From positions 46,254,001 to 46,318,000 of the forward strand of contig CM052816.1 in assembly GCA_028534125.1 (NCBI GenBank): a stretch of DNA of 64,000 bases, given 5' to 3'. The number at the start of each line of letters is the position of its first letter. The stretch's first letter is position 1. This stretch comes from Lama glama (Eukaryota). The translations under genes were made by a program, and so were the position numbers. Below are positions 13,706 to 27,331 of this stretch, one piece after another. Below the pieces are notes generated by a model, which was given only the letters and a program-made list of their open reading frames with translations, was not told the DNA's origin and made no database searches.

Positions 13706-15074
13706 ACACATTCTTTATAAGGTCTTTATTTAAGAGAACTGACACTCTGATTAATGGTCACTAGAAGGACGATTTCTTTCTTTGCTTGCAGGAGTTAAAG
13801 ATAGAGGTGTGTTAAGGGAGGACTATTTGAGACAGAGACATATCAAAAGAGTTTGGGTAGAAAGAGAATTAGCTATGAAGTAGATGACTTAAAACTCTTA
13901 TAAATAATCTATATACTTAGAGATACCTGAAAATAAGCAATGTAATCATGTCTACCTCAGGTTCTAAGGATTTTGATTTACTCTAATTAGTAAGTGAGAG
14001 GTAGAAGTTGTATTATACAAAACGTTAAACAGGTCATTCTTCCTGTTAATGTCACTGGATTTAATGTTATTACTATTACATGGAACTTGAAACTCTACCC
14101 CAGAGGAAAGAAAAATGCCATGAAAAACAGGTTTGTGATTTAATCACATAATTAACATATAAATTTATGATGCTAAAAAGGTAATATTGTTATGGATCAG
14201 TGCATTGGCCATATTAACATTTTTATTTAAATTAAAATTTTTCATAAGATTGCTTTAGCTTTTTATCACTACAATTAATATAGAAACTTAGAAGAAATGA
14301 GTAATGATCACTCATGCCTTTGGACTTCATGAAAGTGGAGATAACATTTAATCAGTTTGTTCACCAATGTATTCTTTATGATAAACACACAGTAAGAGGG
14401 CAGTAGTTTTGTTGAATATGTGAATAAAGTAACAAACTGGTGACAGCTGAAAATATAAAAAATGTCAGTCTCAGTCTTCTTGGAAGGCTTTGTTAGTTTA
14501 TAATGGGGCTGAAAATTACTGTCCTTTTTAAGAAGAAAGGAAATATACAGGTCTCCTTCATAACTACATTATGTCTAAAGAGGCCAGATTTTTACAGAGC
14601 ATTTTGAAAGTATGTTTTTCCCTAAATAGAATAAATTTGGCTTTAACATAGGAAATGGTGTCTTAGAAAGTTCTCTTACTCTTTATTCCTAGAGGATATT
14701 CTAAATAGATTAAGGAGTGTAGTGATAACCTGTATTAAGCATGGAATAATGGACCGTTGACCTACTCTTGTGGCAAACAGAGAAATTTTCATTTGTACTG
14801 TAAATAATCTGTCTAACTAGCAATGAACAACAGGAGAAAGAAAAAAAAAAAACCAAAACACAAGAAAAGGCAATACTGACTTCTCTAGGCTCTGAGTTTA
14901 GGAACAGATAGAATGATTATTTAATATAAATTGGGAGATTTCCTACCTTTTAAGACAGAAAAGGTGTTGGAAGTATAGCTGTAATGACCTTGGGGGTAAT
15001 TTGTAATTTGAAACAATTCAGAAAATGGGACAAATTATGTAAGAAAATAGCGAGAAATGAGATTCATACCTTAG

Positions 15075-15252
15075 TTTTTCTACATTTGAACCATGCAATT
15101 TATGAACTGACTCAGTCTCTCTGTACTTAGTTACATCAGTTATAAAATGAGGGTGAGAACAGTACTATTTTGTAAGGGTTATTGTAAGGATTAAGACCAA
15201 ATAAGGGACTAGCACAATGCCTGGCATATGGTAGGTGCCAAAGAAGTATCAG
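15075..15252 (+). mobile_element. MIR SINE
   Basis: Core tataaaatgagggtgagaacagtact...gggttattgtaaggattaa and tail tagcacaatgcctggcatatggtaggtgc. Confidence 0.85.
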
Positions 15253-15574
15253 CACTTCGTTTTGTTCCCTCAGAAACATGGGGAAATTTTGAAGAAAACC
15301 AGCTTACTCTCCTGCTGGGAAAGCACTTAAAGGAACATGAAGCTAAGCAATCTTAAGATTAAGTTTTTAGTTTAAACAGAAATGTTCATAAGGCTATGCA
15401 TTGATCCATAACAATAATGCCCTTTTAGCATCTACTCAGTAGTGTCTAGAAAAACTGAGAGACACAGAATTTCCCACAGACCTACCTAATTTTCTCAGTT
15501 AGCCAATCCTCACAATAAGGGTTTGACTGGTGTGAGTAGTATAGGAAAATCCATCACTGAAGATCTCTGTCAAG

Positions 15575-15658
15575 AGATTCTCTAGGCATAGGGCCAAGTC
15601 TTTGTTCCAGCAAGCTCTCCAGGTGATCACTACGTACACTAAGGCTTGAGATGCACTG
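15575..15658 (+). mobile_element. MER5-type hAT-Charlie fragment
   Basis: caagctctccaggtgatcactacgtacactaaggcttgagatgcactg resembles the MER5 end (caagctccccaggtgattctgatgcacactaaagtttgagaaccactg). Confidence 0.65.
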
Positions 15659-17223
15659 ATCTCTAGAATAATTTTCCTGAGCCTTGAAGTAGCCCATTAC
15701 TTTTTTTAAGGACAGAGAAACTACTTAGTGAGCGTCCCCACTGGAAAGGCAGCATACTCTTCTCACTTCTTTCCTTACGGGACAATATTCATATGGTATA
15801 ATTATAAATAACAAACAACTGCGGGGAAAGGTCGTTTTCAGTGCTTGAACCGTGAAGAGGCTCATCCTACCTTTTTTCTTTTCTTCCCAGGGCAGTCCCC
15901 TTGCGCAGTTGTCAGGGAAGGTTTAGAGAGAACTGAGGTGAATCCCAAAGTGGATTCAAACCATAAGCCAGAGACATGGACTAGGCTGGGTTTAAATCAA
16001 AATGAACTAGAGCTAAAGACAGTTGTTGAGATTGATGAGGGCTGAGGATTCTTGCCTTGTCTTCATTTCCAGCAAGAAGGTACCTTTCTCTTATAATTGA
16101 TGGATAGGCTTCATGACTTGGAGACTTCGTTCTGTTTTTCTAAACTGTTGGTTTAGCTGTTACTATTTTACCAATTTCCAGATCCATTCTCATGCCATTA
16201 ATAATGCCAGAGAGCAGCTGTGTAGAAGCTGAGGCTGTCTCCTGACTTTACCAGCCTTTGAGGTCACCAAGTATAAGTAGTTCAAAGGGATTCTGCTCCC
16301 TTCAAGATCTATTTCCCCCACCTGTTTCACTGTTAGGGCCATTTTCAACTTCATTTGCTAATATAAACCTTTTACATTCATTTCTAAGATTGTTCCTGCT
16401 TCTGTTTTTCCAATGAATACTGCCATTCTCCTTTCTTTCCATTATTCATCTAACTTAACTTCTCTGATTTAAATTTCTTTCCAGGATCACATCTCTTAAT
16501 TTGTATGTGAATCTCATCTAATGGTTCAAACAATGAGCTGCTCCTGCCTTGTAAGGATCAGCCCTGGAGGCTTCCTCTTGAGTAACATCAGCTCCTTCTC
16601 CAGCTATTCAGGTGTATTTCAGACTCTAGATAAGTTCTCCATTGTTGTTATTTTAAGGTTTCCCCATTTTGTCCCTTATGAGGGAAGAAATAAAATAGAA
16701 AAAGCCAGGAGCAATAAGAACATACAAGAACAAACAAGTAAGTAACTTTGATGGTGCATCAAATATGGCACCAGTGCCCTGATCTGGTGTTCATGAGTTT
16801 TATATCAATTATGACATTTTGATGTTCTCAATCAAAGAAGTGGCTAAGATCACAGTTACTATGGAGACCTCAGAAAGAAAGGCTGACCTTCAGTGAGTTC
16901 TTTATAGCATCAATGAAAGACACATGAAAAAGAAAGGCATTTAATAGGCCCAATATTTCATTCAAACAATTTTTTAACTAAGGTTTTATGAAGTCCAAGT
17001 TTATAGATTTTTTTGTGCCTGATATGAATAGTTCCTTATTAAGTACAATTTAATATTAAATAATTCCTAATATTATCAAATACTTTTGTTTGTCTATGTA
17101 CTTTTCCATCCCTTCCAAGGTTTTCTTATTTAGTTGTAAATCTGAATTAATTTATGAAAGTGATCAATCAGTGTCACAGCTACAGAAAAAGTGAGTTACT
17201 CCTGCTTATCTAACCCTCCATAT

Positions 17224-17636
17224 TGTTACGGAAACGACAGGCCAGTCAAGAAACAAGCACCACTCGGAGGGTTGGAGTACTCAGATGTATTACTCCCGCA
17301 GGCTCAGAGGGGCTTCTGCTCCGAAGCTCTGAGCACCTCCAAGACGTGCGCATGAGGTTTTATAGGGTAAAGTACAAGCTTGGGGTATTCGGCCAATAGG
17401 CATGGAACAGCTTTAGCAGCATTATCATCACAAAAGTGGAGGTGGGGGGGCAGCAAACCAACATTCCAAAGCCAGATATGTATCTTTGAAAATCCAGCTG
17501 GCTAGCAAAAAACATAAACAGCAAATCAACACTAATTAACTTAGATTTGCAAGTTAGTCCAGCAGAACTCAGATCAGTATTCCAATACTTAGACTTGTGA
17601 GTTATCTTGTTAGACCAGCCCAGCTTTTCCTTCACA
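17224..17636 (-). mobile_element. Solo LTR, ERV1-type, 413 bp
   Basis: TG...CA termini and a perfect 4-bp TSD ATAT (17220-17223, 17637-17640). On the minus strand: TATAAAA (17358-17364), an inverted CCAAT (17393-17397) and a degenerate poly(A) signal near 17285. CpGs are retained. Confidence 0.88.
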
Positions 17637-18077
17637 ATATTTGGACTTTATAGCATTTTAAATTGGGAGAAATGTTACATTGTAAGTTGGGTTTTAACCA
17701 GGAGTGCACCGCCTTTGGCTGTTGGCTCTTATAACTATTAATGCATATCTTAGAAGAGAGATGCCTTAGTTAGGCGCAGAAACTCAAAATGATCAAATTA
17801 ACATCTCAGAGAATAAGTGATACAAACTGCAAGCAAAGTTCTAGCATGCTTCCTTTATCCATCCAGAAACTGAGGCTTCTGACTCAATCACCTTACTTAA
17901 GTGAAGGCTTCTTACTTTTATATACACATTTTTGAGGGGAGAGAGAGGGTTCCTCCTAACCACTAAACTTTCAGGAAAATTGTCCCTATAAAAATATACC
18001 TAACATATTTTCTCTTTTCCCCAACTTCTACATAGATCTTGATGAACATATAACATGCACACATGTGCACACACAAT

Positions 18078-18420
18078 ATTATATTTGTTTTCTACTGATG
18101 CGTAACAAATTACCACAGACTTAGCACCTTAAACACGTATTTATCATCTCACAGTTTCTGTGGGACAGGCTTAGCTTGCTCTTCTGCTCTGGGTCTCATA
18201 TGACTTCAGTCAAGATGTCAACAGGGCTGGGTTCTCATCTGGAAGGTTGTCTTGGGAGGAATCCACTTCCAAACTCACTGAGGTTTGGGCAGAATTCACT
18301 TCCTTGTGACTGTATGACTGAGGCCTGCCACTCCTACAGGCTGTCTCTACTTCCTGGCCACTGGGCCTCTCCATAGGTGGTTCACAGCATGGCTGCCTCT
18401 TTAAGACAAGCAGAAGAGTG
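18078..18420 (-). mobile_element. MLT1 (MaLR) LTR, partial
   Basis: gtaacaaattaccacagacttagc...tttatcatctcacagtttctgtgg...ttggcagaattcacttccttg are standard antisense MLT1 motifs. Confidence 0.85.
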
Positions 18421-20177
18421 AGTGTGGAGCATTTTGAAATTCTCTAGGCTCTGATCTTCATAAACTTATTGAGAGATTACTACTTGCCAGAAGGCCATAT
18501 CAAGGAGAGAAAATTTTATTTGGGGTTTTCTTGCAGCCACCCTGAAACCAGGAATTGTAGAAACTCTTGCACTGTGGTACATCTCTCTGCATCATTTGCC
18601 TATGTATTCTGGGATTCAAAGAAGGACTTGCATAATTTATTGCACATAAGTTTCAGTTCAGGAACTTACATTTATTAATCCTTTACTTCCTGAGACAAGA
18701 GCTCCTCTCCCAACTTGTAACATCTGTAAATGGTACACCAGCTCCCCTCAGTTCTCCTCTGCTGCTCAACCTCCACACCCATCCCCTGGAATTTCATCCC
18801 TTCAGGATCTCAGAGACAATCTACATGCCACTGATTTCTAGAACTGTCTAAAGCCCAGAGTCCTCTTCCCATATCCTATATCCCTTAATCCTATATCACA
18901 ATTGACTCCCCCAGTTTTTACTAAGGTGTACTGCAGCTGTCTGAACCTGAACAGTCTGAAACTTACTCATCACCATTGTCCCCACTCCCTTGCTCTCACC
19001 CGTCCTCACCTCGTCCTCTTCTTCCTCTCATTAAATAAGCAGCGTCACTCACTCGGTGGCTCAGTTCACCAATGCAGGACTCCGTTGCTCTTTCTGGTCC
19101 TCACCATTTACAAATTAACAAATACTGACAATTTAACTTCCCAGAATCTAGAATTAACATCCATGAACCCACTAAGAAATCTCAAGTTAAGAAATGAGTT
19201 ACTATTACTTTCTGTTGAATTTCACTTTGAATTTGTCTGTAGAACATCTCACTTCCTCCTCATTCCCCCAGAGTTAAATACTATTCTAAATTTTGTAATA
19301 ATCATTCATGTCCTTTGTTACTTGTATCACCCAACAGGATAATGATTAGATTTGTCTGGTTTTAAACTCTATAAAAATGATATTATAACATATGCTTTTT
19401 TCAACAACCTCCTGTTTCATTCATCATTATTCCTTGAGATTTATCCATATCGTTGCATGTAGGGATAGTTAACTTAGAATTTGTATAGTGTATATTTAAT
19501 AAATATATATTTATATATTTTGCCTAACAATGGTCATTTGTGTTTTAATTTTTCTTCTACTCTTACAATGCTTCTGTGAAATGATTATATATATCCTCAG
19601 TTCACATGACATGAACAAGAATCTTTATTAACGTCTATATCTAGAAGTAGAATTACTGGATTGTAATATATGCAAATTTCCAAGTTCAATAGTTAATACC
19701 AAATTATTTTCCAGTGGCTAGACAGTAATTTAAACTCCCTCTTGCAGTGCTTTAAGAGTTCCTGTTGCTCTGTATCCTAACCAGCACTTAATTCTTAAAG
19801 ACATTTATTTTTGTCAATGTGGTGGGTGCAAAATAGTATTTCTGTGGTTTAATTTTTATTTTTCTAAAATTTAATGTAGGTGGATGTATTTTTATTTATT
19901 TTTGGCCATTTATTTTCTCTTCTGTGAAATTTATTTGTATGTATTTTTGCCCTTTTACCTATTAGATTGTTCACCATTCCTTAGTGATTTTTATAGTGAA
20001 ATTCTTTATAGTGTATGTGGATGACATTATTTTTCAATTATAGGTGTGCAAATGTTATTCTCTAGTAGTTTTTTTATATTTATTTGTAATCAACAGAAAA
20101 GCTTTTCCTTTCTTCAATCAACAGAAGTTCTTAATTTTAATGTAAATTATGATTTTTTTTAACATCTGGTAATTAAC

Positions 20178-21133
20178 TTTTTTTTTGAAGTAGTCAGTTA
20201 GTGTGTCAATTTCTGGTGTACAGCACAGTGTCCTAGTCGTGCATATACATACATATATTCGTTTTCATATTCTTTTTCATTAAAGATTATTACAAGATAT
20301 TGGACATAGTTCCCTGTGCTATACAGAAGAAATTTTTTAAAAATCTATTTTTATATATAGTGGCTAACATTTTCAAATTTCAAACTCCCAAATTTATCTC
20401 TTCCCATGCCCTTACCCTGGTAACCATAAGATTGTTTACTATGTCTGTGTGTGGGTCTGTTTCTGTTTTGTAGTTGAGTTCATAGAATCCTTTTTGTTTT
20501 TTTTTAGACTCCACATATGAGTGATATCATATGGTATTTTTCTTTCCCTTTCTGACTTACTTCATTTAGAAAGATGATCTCTAGGTCCATCCATGTTGCT
20601 GCAAATGGTATTATTTTATTCTTTTTATGGCTGAGTAGTATTCCATTGTATAAATAAAACACAGCTTTATCCAGTCATCTGTCGATGGACATTTAGGTTG
20701 CTTCCATGTCTTGGCTATTATAAATAGTGCTGCTGTGAACACTGAGGTGAATGTATCTTTTCGAATTAAGAGTTTCCTCCAGATATATGCCCAGGAGTGG
20801 GATTCCTGTATCATACGGTAATTCTATTTTTAGTTTTTTGAGGAATCTCCGTACTGTTTTCCATCATTGCTGCACCAAATTACATTGCCACCAACAGTGT
20901 AGGAGGGTTCCCTTTTCTCCACACCCTCTCCAGCATTTATCATTTGTGGACTTTTGAATGATGGCCATTCTGATTGGTGTGAGGTGATACCTCATTGTAG
21001 TTTTGATTTGCATTTCTCTGATCATTAGCGATACTGAGCATTTTTTCATGTGCCTTATTGGCCAGTTGTATGTCTTCTCTGGAGAATTGCTCGTTTAGGT
21101 CTTTGGCCCATTTTTGGATTAGGTTGTTTTGTT
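20178..21133 (-). mobile_element. Younger L1 3' part (camelid/artiodactyl-type), 5'-truncated
   Basis: Poly-T, then 3' UTR. ORF 20864-21049 gives [19 protein letters not shown]...[17 protein letters not shown], the ORF2 cysteine-rich C-terminus. Confidence 0.95.
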
Positions 21134-21204
21134 TATATTTAAAGACCCAAATAATTCACTCTTAGCTCAGAGGTTTTTAGTTAATTAACTAGTACTAAGG
21201 AGTA

Positions 21205-21420
21205 TGTGATGGTTAATTTTATGTATCATCTTGACTGGACTAAGATATCCAGATAGTTGGAAAAGTGTTATTTCGGAGTTTGTCTATGAGGGTCACTCTG
21301 GAAAAGATTAGTATTTGAATCCATAGATAGAGTAAAGAAGATTGTCTTCACCAATGCTGGTGGACATAATCCAGTCTACTGAGGGCATGAACAGAACCAA
21401 AAGGTGGAGGAAGGGCAAAT
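21205..21420 (+). mobile_element. MLT2 (ERVL) LTR 5' half
   Basis: tgtgatggttaattttatgtatcatcttgactgg...gaacagaaccaaaaggtggaggaagggcaaat matches the MLT2 start. Confidence 0.9.
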
Positions 21421-22525
21421 GATGGCCATTTTGACTGGTGCGAGGTGATACCTCATTTTAGTTTTGATTTGTATTTCTCTGATAATTAGCAATATTGAGC
21501 ATCTTTTCATGTGTCTATTGGCCATTCATATGTCTTCACTGGAGAATTGCTTGTTAGGTCTTCTGTCCATTTTTGGATTGGGTTGTTTGGGTTTTGTTGT
21601 TGTTGTTGTTATTAAGTTGTATGAGCTGTTTATGTATTCTGGAAAGTAAGCCTTTGTCAGTAGCATCATTTGCAAATATTTTCTTTCATTCTGTAGGTTG
21701 TCGTTTTGTTTTGCTTATGGTTTCCTTTGCTGTGCGAAAGCTTGTAAGTTTAATTAGGTCCCATTTGTTTATATTTGTCCTTATTTCTATTGCCTGGGTA
21801 GAATGCCCTAGGATAACACTGCTAAGATTCATTACAGAGAATGTTTTGCCTATGTTTTCTTCCAGATGTACTGTGAATTGTCTTATATTTAAGTCTGTAA
21901 GCCATTTTAAGTTTATTTTTGTGTATGGTGTGATGGAATATTCTAACTTCATTGATTTACATGCTGCTATCCAGTTTTCCCAACACCACTTGCTAAAGAG
22001 ACTGTCTTTTCTCCATTGTATATTCTTGCCTCCTATGTTGATGATTAATTGACCATAGGTCTGTGGGTTTATTTCTGGGCTCTCTATTCTGTTCCATTGA
22101 TCTATGTGTCTGTTTTATGCCAATACCATGCTGTTTTGACTACTGTAGCTCTGTAGTATTGTCTGAAGTCTGGGAGGTTATTCCAGCTTTGTTCTTTTTC
22201 TTCAATATTGCTTTGGCAATTCTGGGTCTTTTGTGATTCCATATAAATTTTAGGATTGTTTGTTCTAGCTCTGTGAAAAATGTTCTGGGTGATTTGATAG
22301 GGATCACACTAAATCTGTAGATTGCCTTGGGCAGTATGGCCATTTTAATGATATTGATTCTTCCAATCCAAGAGCATGGGATATCTTTCCATTTCTTTAA
22401 GTCATCTTTAATTTCCTTAATCAGTGTATTGCAGTTCTCTGCATATAAGCCTTTCACCTCCCTGGTCAGATTTACTACTAAGTATTTTACTGTTTTGGAT
22501 GTGATTTTAAAAGGGATTCTTTCTT
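21418..22525 (-). mobile_element. Younger L1 ORF2 segment lacking its own 3' end
   Basis: ORFs 22140-22457 ([28 protein letters not shown]) and 21686-21952 ([10 protein letters not shown]...INKWDLIKL) are L1 ORF2. Confidence 0.95.
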
Positions 22526-24864
22526 GATGTTAAGTGATTTTGTATCTTCTTTAAGAAATCCATTCGCTTCCCCAAAGTCATAAAGATATTTTATAATTTC
22601 TCATAAAAATTTAAAATATTTCTTTAGCTTTTAAGTTTTAATCCATCTGGGATTTGTTTTTGTATATGATGTGATGTAAGGGACAAATTCTTTTTTTTTT
22701 TTTAACAGTTGGAAACTGACTGTTTAGTTACCACTGACTGTGAAATGTATCAGTTTCCCGGTTTTAGGTCGTGTTTCTATACAATGGTGGGTCTATTTCT
22801 TGGCTCTCATTTGTTGGTATATTTTCTATCTTTGTGGCAAAACGACACTCTTAAATGCTATAGTTTTATTATAAGTCTGGATATCCAGTAGAGCAAGTTT
22901 ACCTGGCTTTTGCTTCAAGAATGCTCTGATCATATTTTTCTTTTTCATATATTTATATATGAAATATATATATGCATATATTTTAAAAATTGCCACAATG
23001 TATGAAAAATCCTGCTGAGGTTTTGATTAAATTTGTATTGAAAGTATAAATATATTTGCAGAGAATTGACAACTTTACTATATTGAATCTCCATATTCTT
23101 GAAAATGGTATAGTTTATAAATAATAAACTGCTAAATTCCTATTAATTCTAATAATTCATCTTTTGAGTTTTTCTTATAATGTCATCTGCTATTTCTTCC
23201 TTTTCAATATTTAGGACTTTTATGTATTTTTGTTTCACAAAGAATTCCAGAACGTCTAGTATAGATGAATGGAAGCAGTGGTAACTCACCAGTATTTTGT
23301 CATTGTTTCCCCCACAACTAAACTTCTGGCTTTGTTAATACAGTAGCTTTATTTTCTATTTCATTGATTTCTGATCTTTATTATATCCTTACTTCTACTT
23401 CTTTTTGTACTTTAAAATTTTGGGGTTTTTGCTAACTTCTTAAGTTTGATAAGTAATTTTCAACCTTTATTTCCTATTCTGTGATGAATATTAAGGCTAT
23501 AATTTCCTTTTGAGAATTTGTTGTTGTTGTTGCATCCAACAACATTTGAAATAGTCCTTATTATTGGTCAGATCTAAGTATTTTCTAATTTCCATTATGA
23601 AATCGGCTTTGACCTATGAGTTGTCCTGTTATATATGACTTTAGATCTTTTTAAACATATTCTTGGTTTTGTTGACTTTGAATGTATCTAAATTTTAGCA
23701 ATTTAAATTTTAAATTAATTTAATATTAAGCAGTTTTGTTCTGTGTACATTGATTCTTTGGAATTTTTCAAGACTTTCTTTATGAAACAACATGTTCAAT
23801 GTGTGTTTGAAAAGCTAAGTATACCACAGAATTTGGGTACACTGTTCTTTACCTGTGTTTCACACATATTTTATTTATTAAATGAACTCTAGTTTAATCA
23901 TGTTGTTAAAATCTTTTATACCCTTACCAATTATTTTATCTTTATCTAGTAATTTTTAAGAGGACTGAGATGAAAAGCCTCATTTTGAGGTCAAATTTTC
24001 ACTTCATATTTTGTGAAGTTATAAACACCTAATAATGTAAGTTTAAAATTAGTATTTCTGATGAACTGAAACATTTATTATTTTTTATCTTCATTTCTAG
24101 CAATAGGATTTTTGCCTTAAAAACTACTTGTCTAATACTAATATTGCAGAGTATTGTTTTCTAGTTTATCTCTTTCTTAAACTAGCTCTTTATGAATCCA
24201 GGATCCATGCAGAGGTTGGTATGTGTAGAGCGAGACTTTGTCTCTCCTCCCTCATATGTTCCAGTCATAAAAACCTAAGCACTAGGCTACTCAAGATCAG
24301 TAGATACACCCAGGGCAGCAGTTACCCCAGTGCTTATTAACTTCCCTGGACTCATGCTCATGTTTCATTTCTGGCCCCAGAGCGTTTGCATTCCCTTTTC
24401 TTACTTGAAAACAAACTTACTTATTAAAGAAAATATATAGGTAGACAGACATATGCACAAAATTAATTATTAGGTATGTAGACAAAGAGTTTTAGTTCTC
24501 TTGTCTTCAATATTGCCAGAAATGGATATCCTGTACTTAAATATCTTTTAAATACACCCAGTTCCCATCGTCTCCACTGCCACTAACCTCGGTCAGGTCC
24601 TCACTTTTTCTCCTGCCTCTTTTCCCCTTCCACCCATTTCTACTACCTGAGCCTCCTTTCTGAAACATAGATCTGTTGGGGTCCCTCCCCATTGTTCTCA
24701 GCATAAGGTCTGAATTATTTACTGTGGCCCAAACACTCCTGATGAGTGAAATTGCTTATCTCTCTATATGCTTGCCTCATATGAACCTACCCAACTCCAC
24801 AATGTTGATTCTGCTCTTAAAGTTGCTACCTACTTTTGCAGAAGAATTTTTTATGTGTGCTTTA

Positions 24865-25015
24865 TAAACATTATCTTAGCTGATCCTTGCAAAAATCTTA
24901 TTATCTCCATTTTATAGTGAGAAGTAGAAAGGGTAAGTGACCTAGCCAAAGTCATACAGCTATTAATTGGAGAACCTGGATTTCATCCTATGTCTGATTG
25001 ACTTCAAAGACCCTT
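24865..25015 (-). mobile_element. MIR SINE
   Basis: ttattatctccattttatag...gggtaagtgacctagccaaagtcatacagct is the antisense MIR core. Confidence 0.8.
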
Positions 25016-26029
25016 GTATTAATTTCTGATCCTCCTATATAGTTCCTTTCTTATTTCTGGGCTTTTGTTCCTTTTCCTAGAACTCATCTCGTCTTTCCCT
25101 CTCCATCATGCCTCATTCGTCCTTGAGGTCTTACTTGCTCAAATGCCCTTTTTAATGTGCCTTTTTCCTCTGGCATAATTTCTCACCTTCTTTACACTTT
25201 CACTTTAGATGCTAAGCTGTGTGACAGCAGAGATGAACTCTACCTTGTTCTCAATGGCATCTTGAGAATCATGACATAGTTTCTAAAAAATCTCTCATAT
25301 ACTGGTTCCAAAAGTTGCAACATAACTTAAGAAAAGGGATTTTGTTTTGCAATAAATCAAAGTATGGGATTTTTTTTTTTTTTCAGGAGAATCAGTCAGT
25401 AGTTCTTAGGTCAAAGAAAGTTCTGATTTGATTTACTGTTTTTAGTGTAAAGCTGCTTGTCATCATCAAAATTTTATAAATAAATATTCAAGTGGGAGTT
25501 ATATTTTAAGAGCACATTCTTTAATAAGCCCATACAATGGTGGTTTAATTGCACATTGAGCAAGATTTTCAAACTTTGTAATATTACGAGAGAAATGTGA
25601 ATTCCATAAAATGAAAATCTAAGCATTATAATCTTTACAGGATCTATTTCTGTCAGCTCTATTGCTTGATTAAGAATTCTGATAAATGTGGCTAATGCTT
25701 TCTTACTACTTTTATGAAAAAATGTGTATTTTCATCAGGAAAAAAATACCAATATTTGCTCATCTTTTTTAGGCATTAATATTTTATTTTACATTTTATT
25801 TTGAAATATTTGTCAGACTTTTCTTGTTTCCATGTGAAATATGTAATACTAGATGGTATTTACCTTCAGAATTTAAGAAATTATTTTTAAAACTAGTTAA
25901 ACTAGTACAACCAATGAAAAATTCATTTTCATTATTTTTCATTGTAGTAAATTTGAGGATATTTTTCAGACCCATCATTCACTTCTAATTATACAGCCTA
26001 CAGAAAGGCATGCTTAAATACACTAGGCT

Positions 26030-26545
26030 AGATGTGCACAAATATCACAGCATCCTTATTCATAACAGCCAAAAGTTGTGAGTAATCCAAATGTTCATCA
26101 GCAATAGAATGGAAAGTAAATTAAGGTGTATTTATACAACGGATTATTGATGGCAAGTAAAACAAACGAACTACAGATATCTCGCATCACGGAGAAATTA
26201 AGTTTCTCCATCAAGTGAAAAAAGTCACACAAAAGAAATAAATACTATATGATTCCATTTATAAAAAGTTCACAACAGAAAAACAGAATTTTATTATTTA
26301 GCACCCCAGTTTCAGGTGGTAAAACTATCAAGCAAGAAAATTATTACTGTAAATGTCTGGACAGTGATTTCTTTGAGTTGGGGGAAGTGTTATAATTGGG
26401 TAGGCTGTTGGCAAAGTTCTATTTTGTAATCTGTTACAAAATATGGCGGTTACATAGATGTTTGCTTTATTATAACTTAACTTATTAAATTGGACACTTA
26501 CATTTTCTATACTTTTTATTATATTTGCATATTTCATAATAAAAG
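26030..26545 (+). mobile_element. Ancient L1 (L1ME/MD-like) 3' end
   Basis: ttattcataacagccaaaag...aatccaaatgttcatcagcaatagaatgga...tactatatgattccatttataaaaagttca...tatttcataataaaa. Confidence 0.85.
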
Positions 26546-27331
26546 GAGGATAGGATCACAGTAGAATTTCACTTTTGTTTGCTTGAAGTCCAGAGCATAA
26601 CTGAAAGATGCAGTGAACTCACCAAATTCTAGCAGCATGTTAGTCTATACCCACTGCTCAGGGAGGGAATTGAAGGAATTGAGGAAAAAGAAGATAGTTT
26701 GTTTTGGCTGAAGATTCAACTTTCTTCATTACCAGGATGTGTAAAACTCTAGTTTTCCATTAGAGCAATAAGGTAGGTTGAGCCAGTCAAATTTTTTTTT
26801 CTACGGATAGTGACTGGGTTTGCAAACTAAGGCTGTAGGACAGGACATTTTAATACAAAGGCTGATCATTTTAATGCCTGATATTCCTTTTATTATTATG
26901 TTCTAAGGAAATTTGTAATTCCACCAGACACAAGTGGGAAGAGTTCTGACATCTCTACTTCATCAGCCATTCAGTGTATGGAATAAGTTATAGAAGGGTC
27001 ATAACCAGGTGTGAATGAATTGGTCAGAATTTTGTAATGCTTCTTGCTTTTCTGTAGTATTGAAGAACAAACCTGTTAATTCATTAAATAAGTATTAACT
27101 GACCAGCAACTCTGTTGAAGTTCATAGTGCTTGAGCTAGGAATATAAAGATGATATGCTTTTTGTCCTTAACGTGCTTCAAATATTTATTTCTTATGAGT
27201 TAGGCTTTTGAAATTTAGTATTTTAGCTGTGGTTCATTCAACTGTTTCAATTTAATTAAGAGAGGTATATTGTCAGCTCCATTTAATTTTGTTTCCTCCA
27301 GCCATCTGAATTATAAGTTCCTTACACAATT

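Larger units (their letters stand above)
19195..24530 (-). mobile_element. Ancient, heavily deleted L1 (L1ME-like), split by a younger insertion at about 20161-22525
   Basis: 3' UTR and ORF2-like sequence at 19195-20160 resumes collinearly at about 22525 (cagaagttcttaattttaatgta ... tttaagaaatccattcgcttccccaaagtcataaagata). An L1M-type 5' terminus lies near 24510-24530. Confidence 0.75.

Noticed and set aside
18902..19342. 146-aa ORF
   Set aside because: Non-ATG start, overlaps degenerate repeat sequence, and has no recognisable domain or splice context.
21573..22052. 159-aa hydrophobic ORF that looks like it has a signal peptide
   Set aside because: It is the antisense frame of L1 ORF2. 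The Leu run comes from a (GTT)n tract.
26617..26660. Minus-strand exon-like unit with a pyrimidine tract and GTGAGT donor
   Set aside because: Stops in all three frames and no supporting context.
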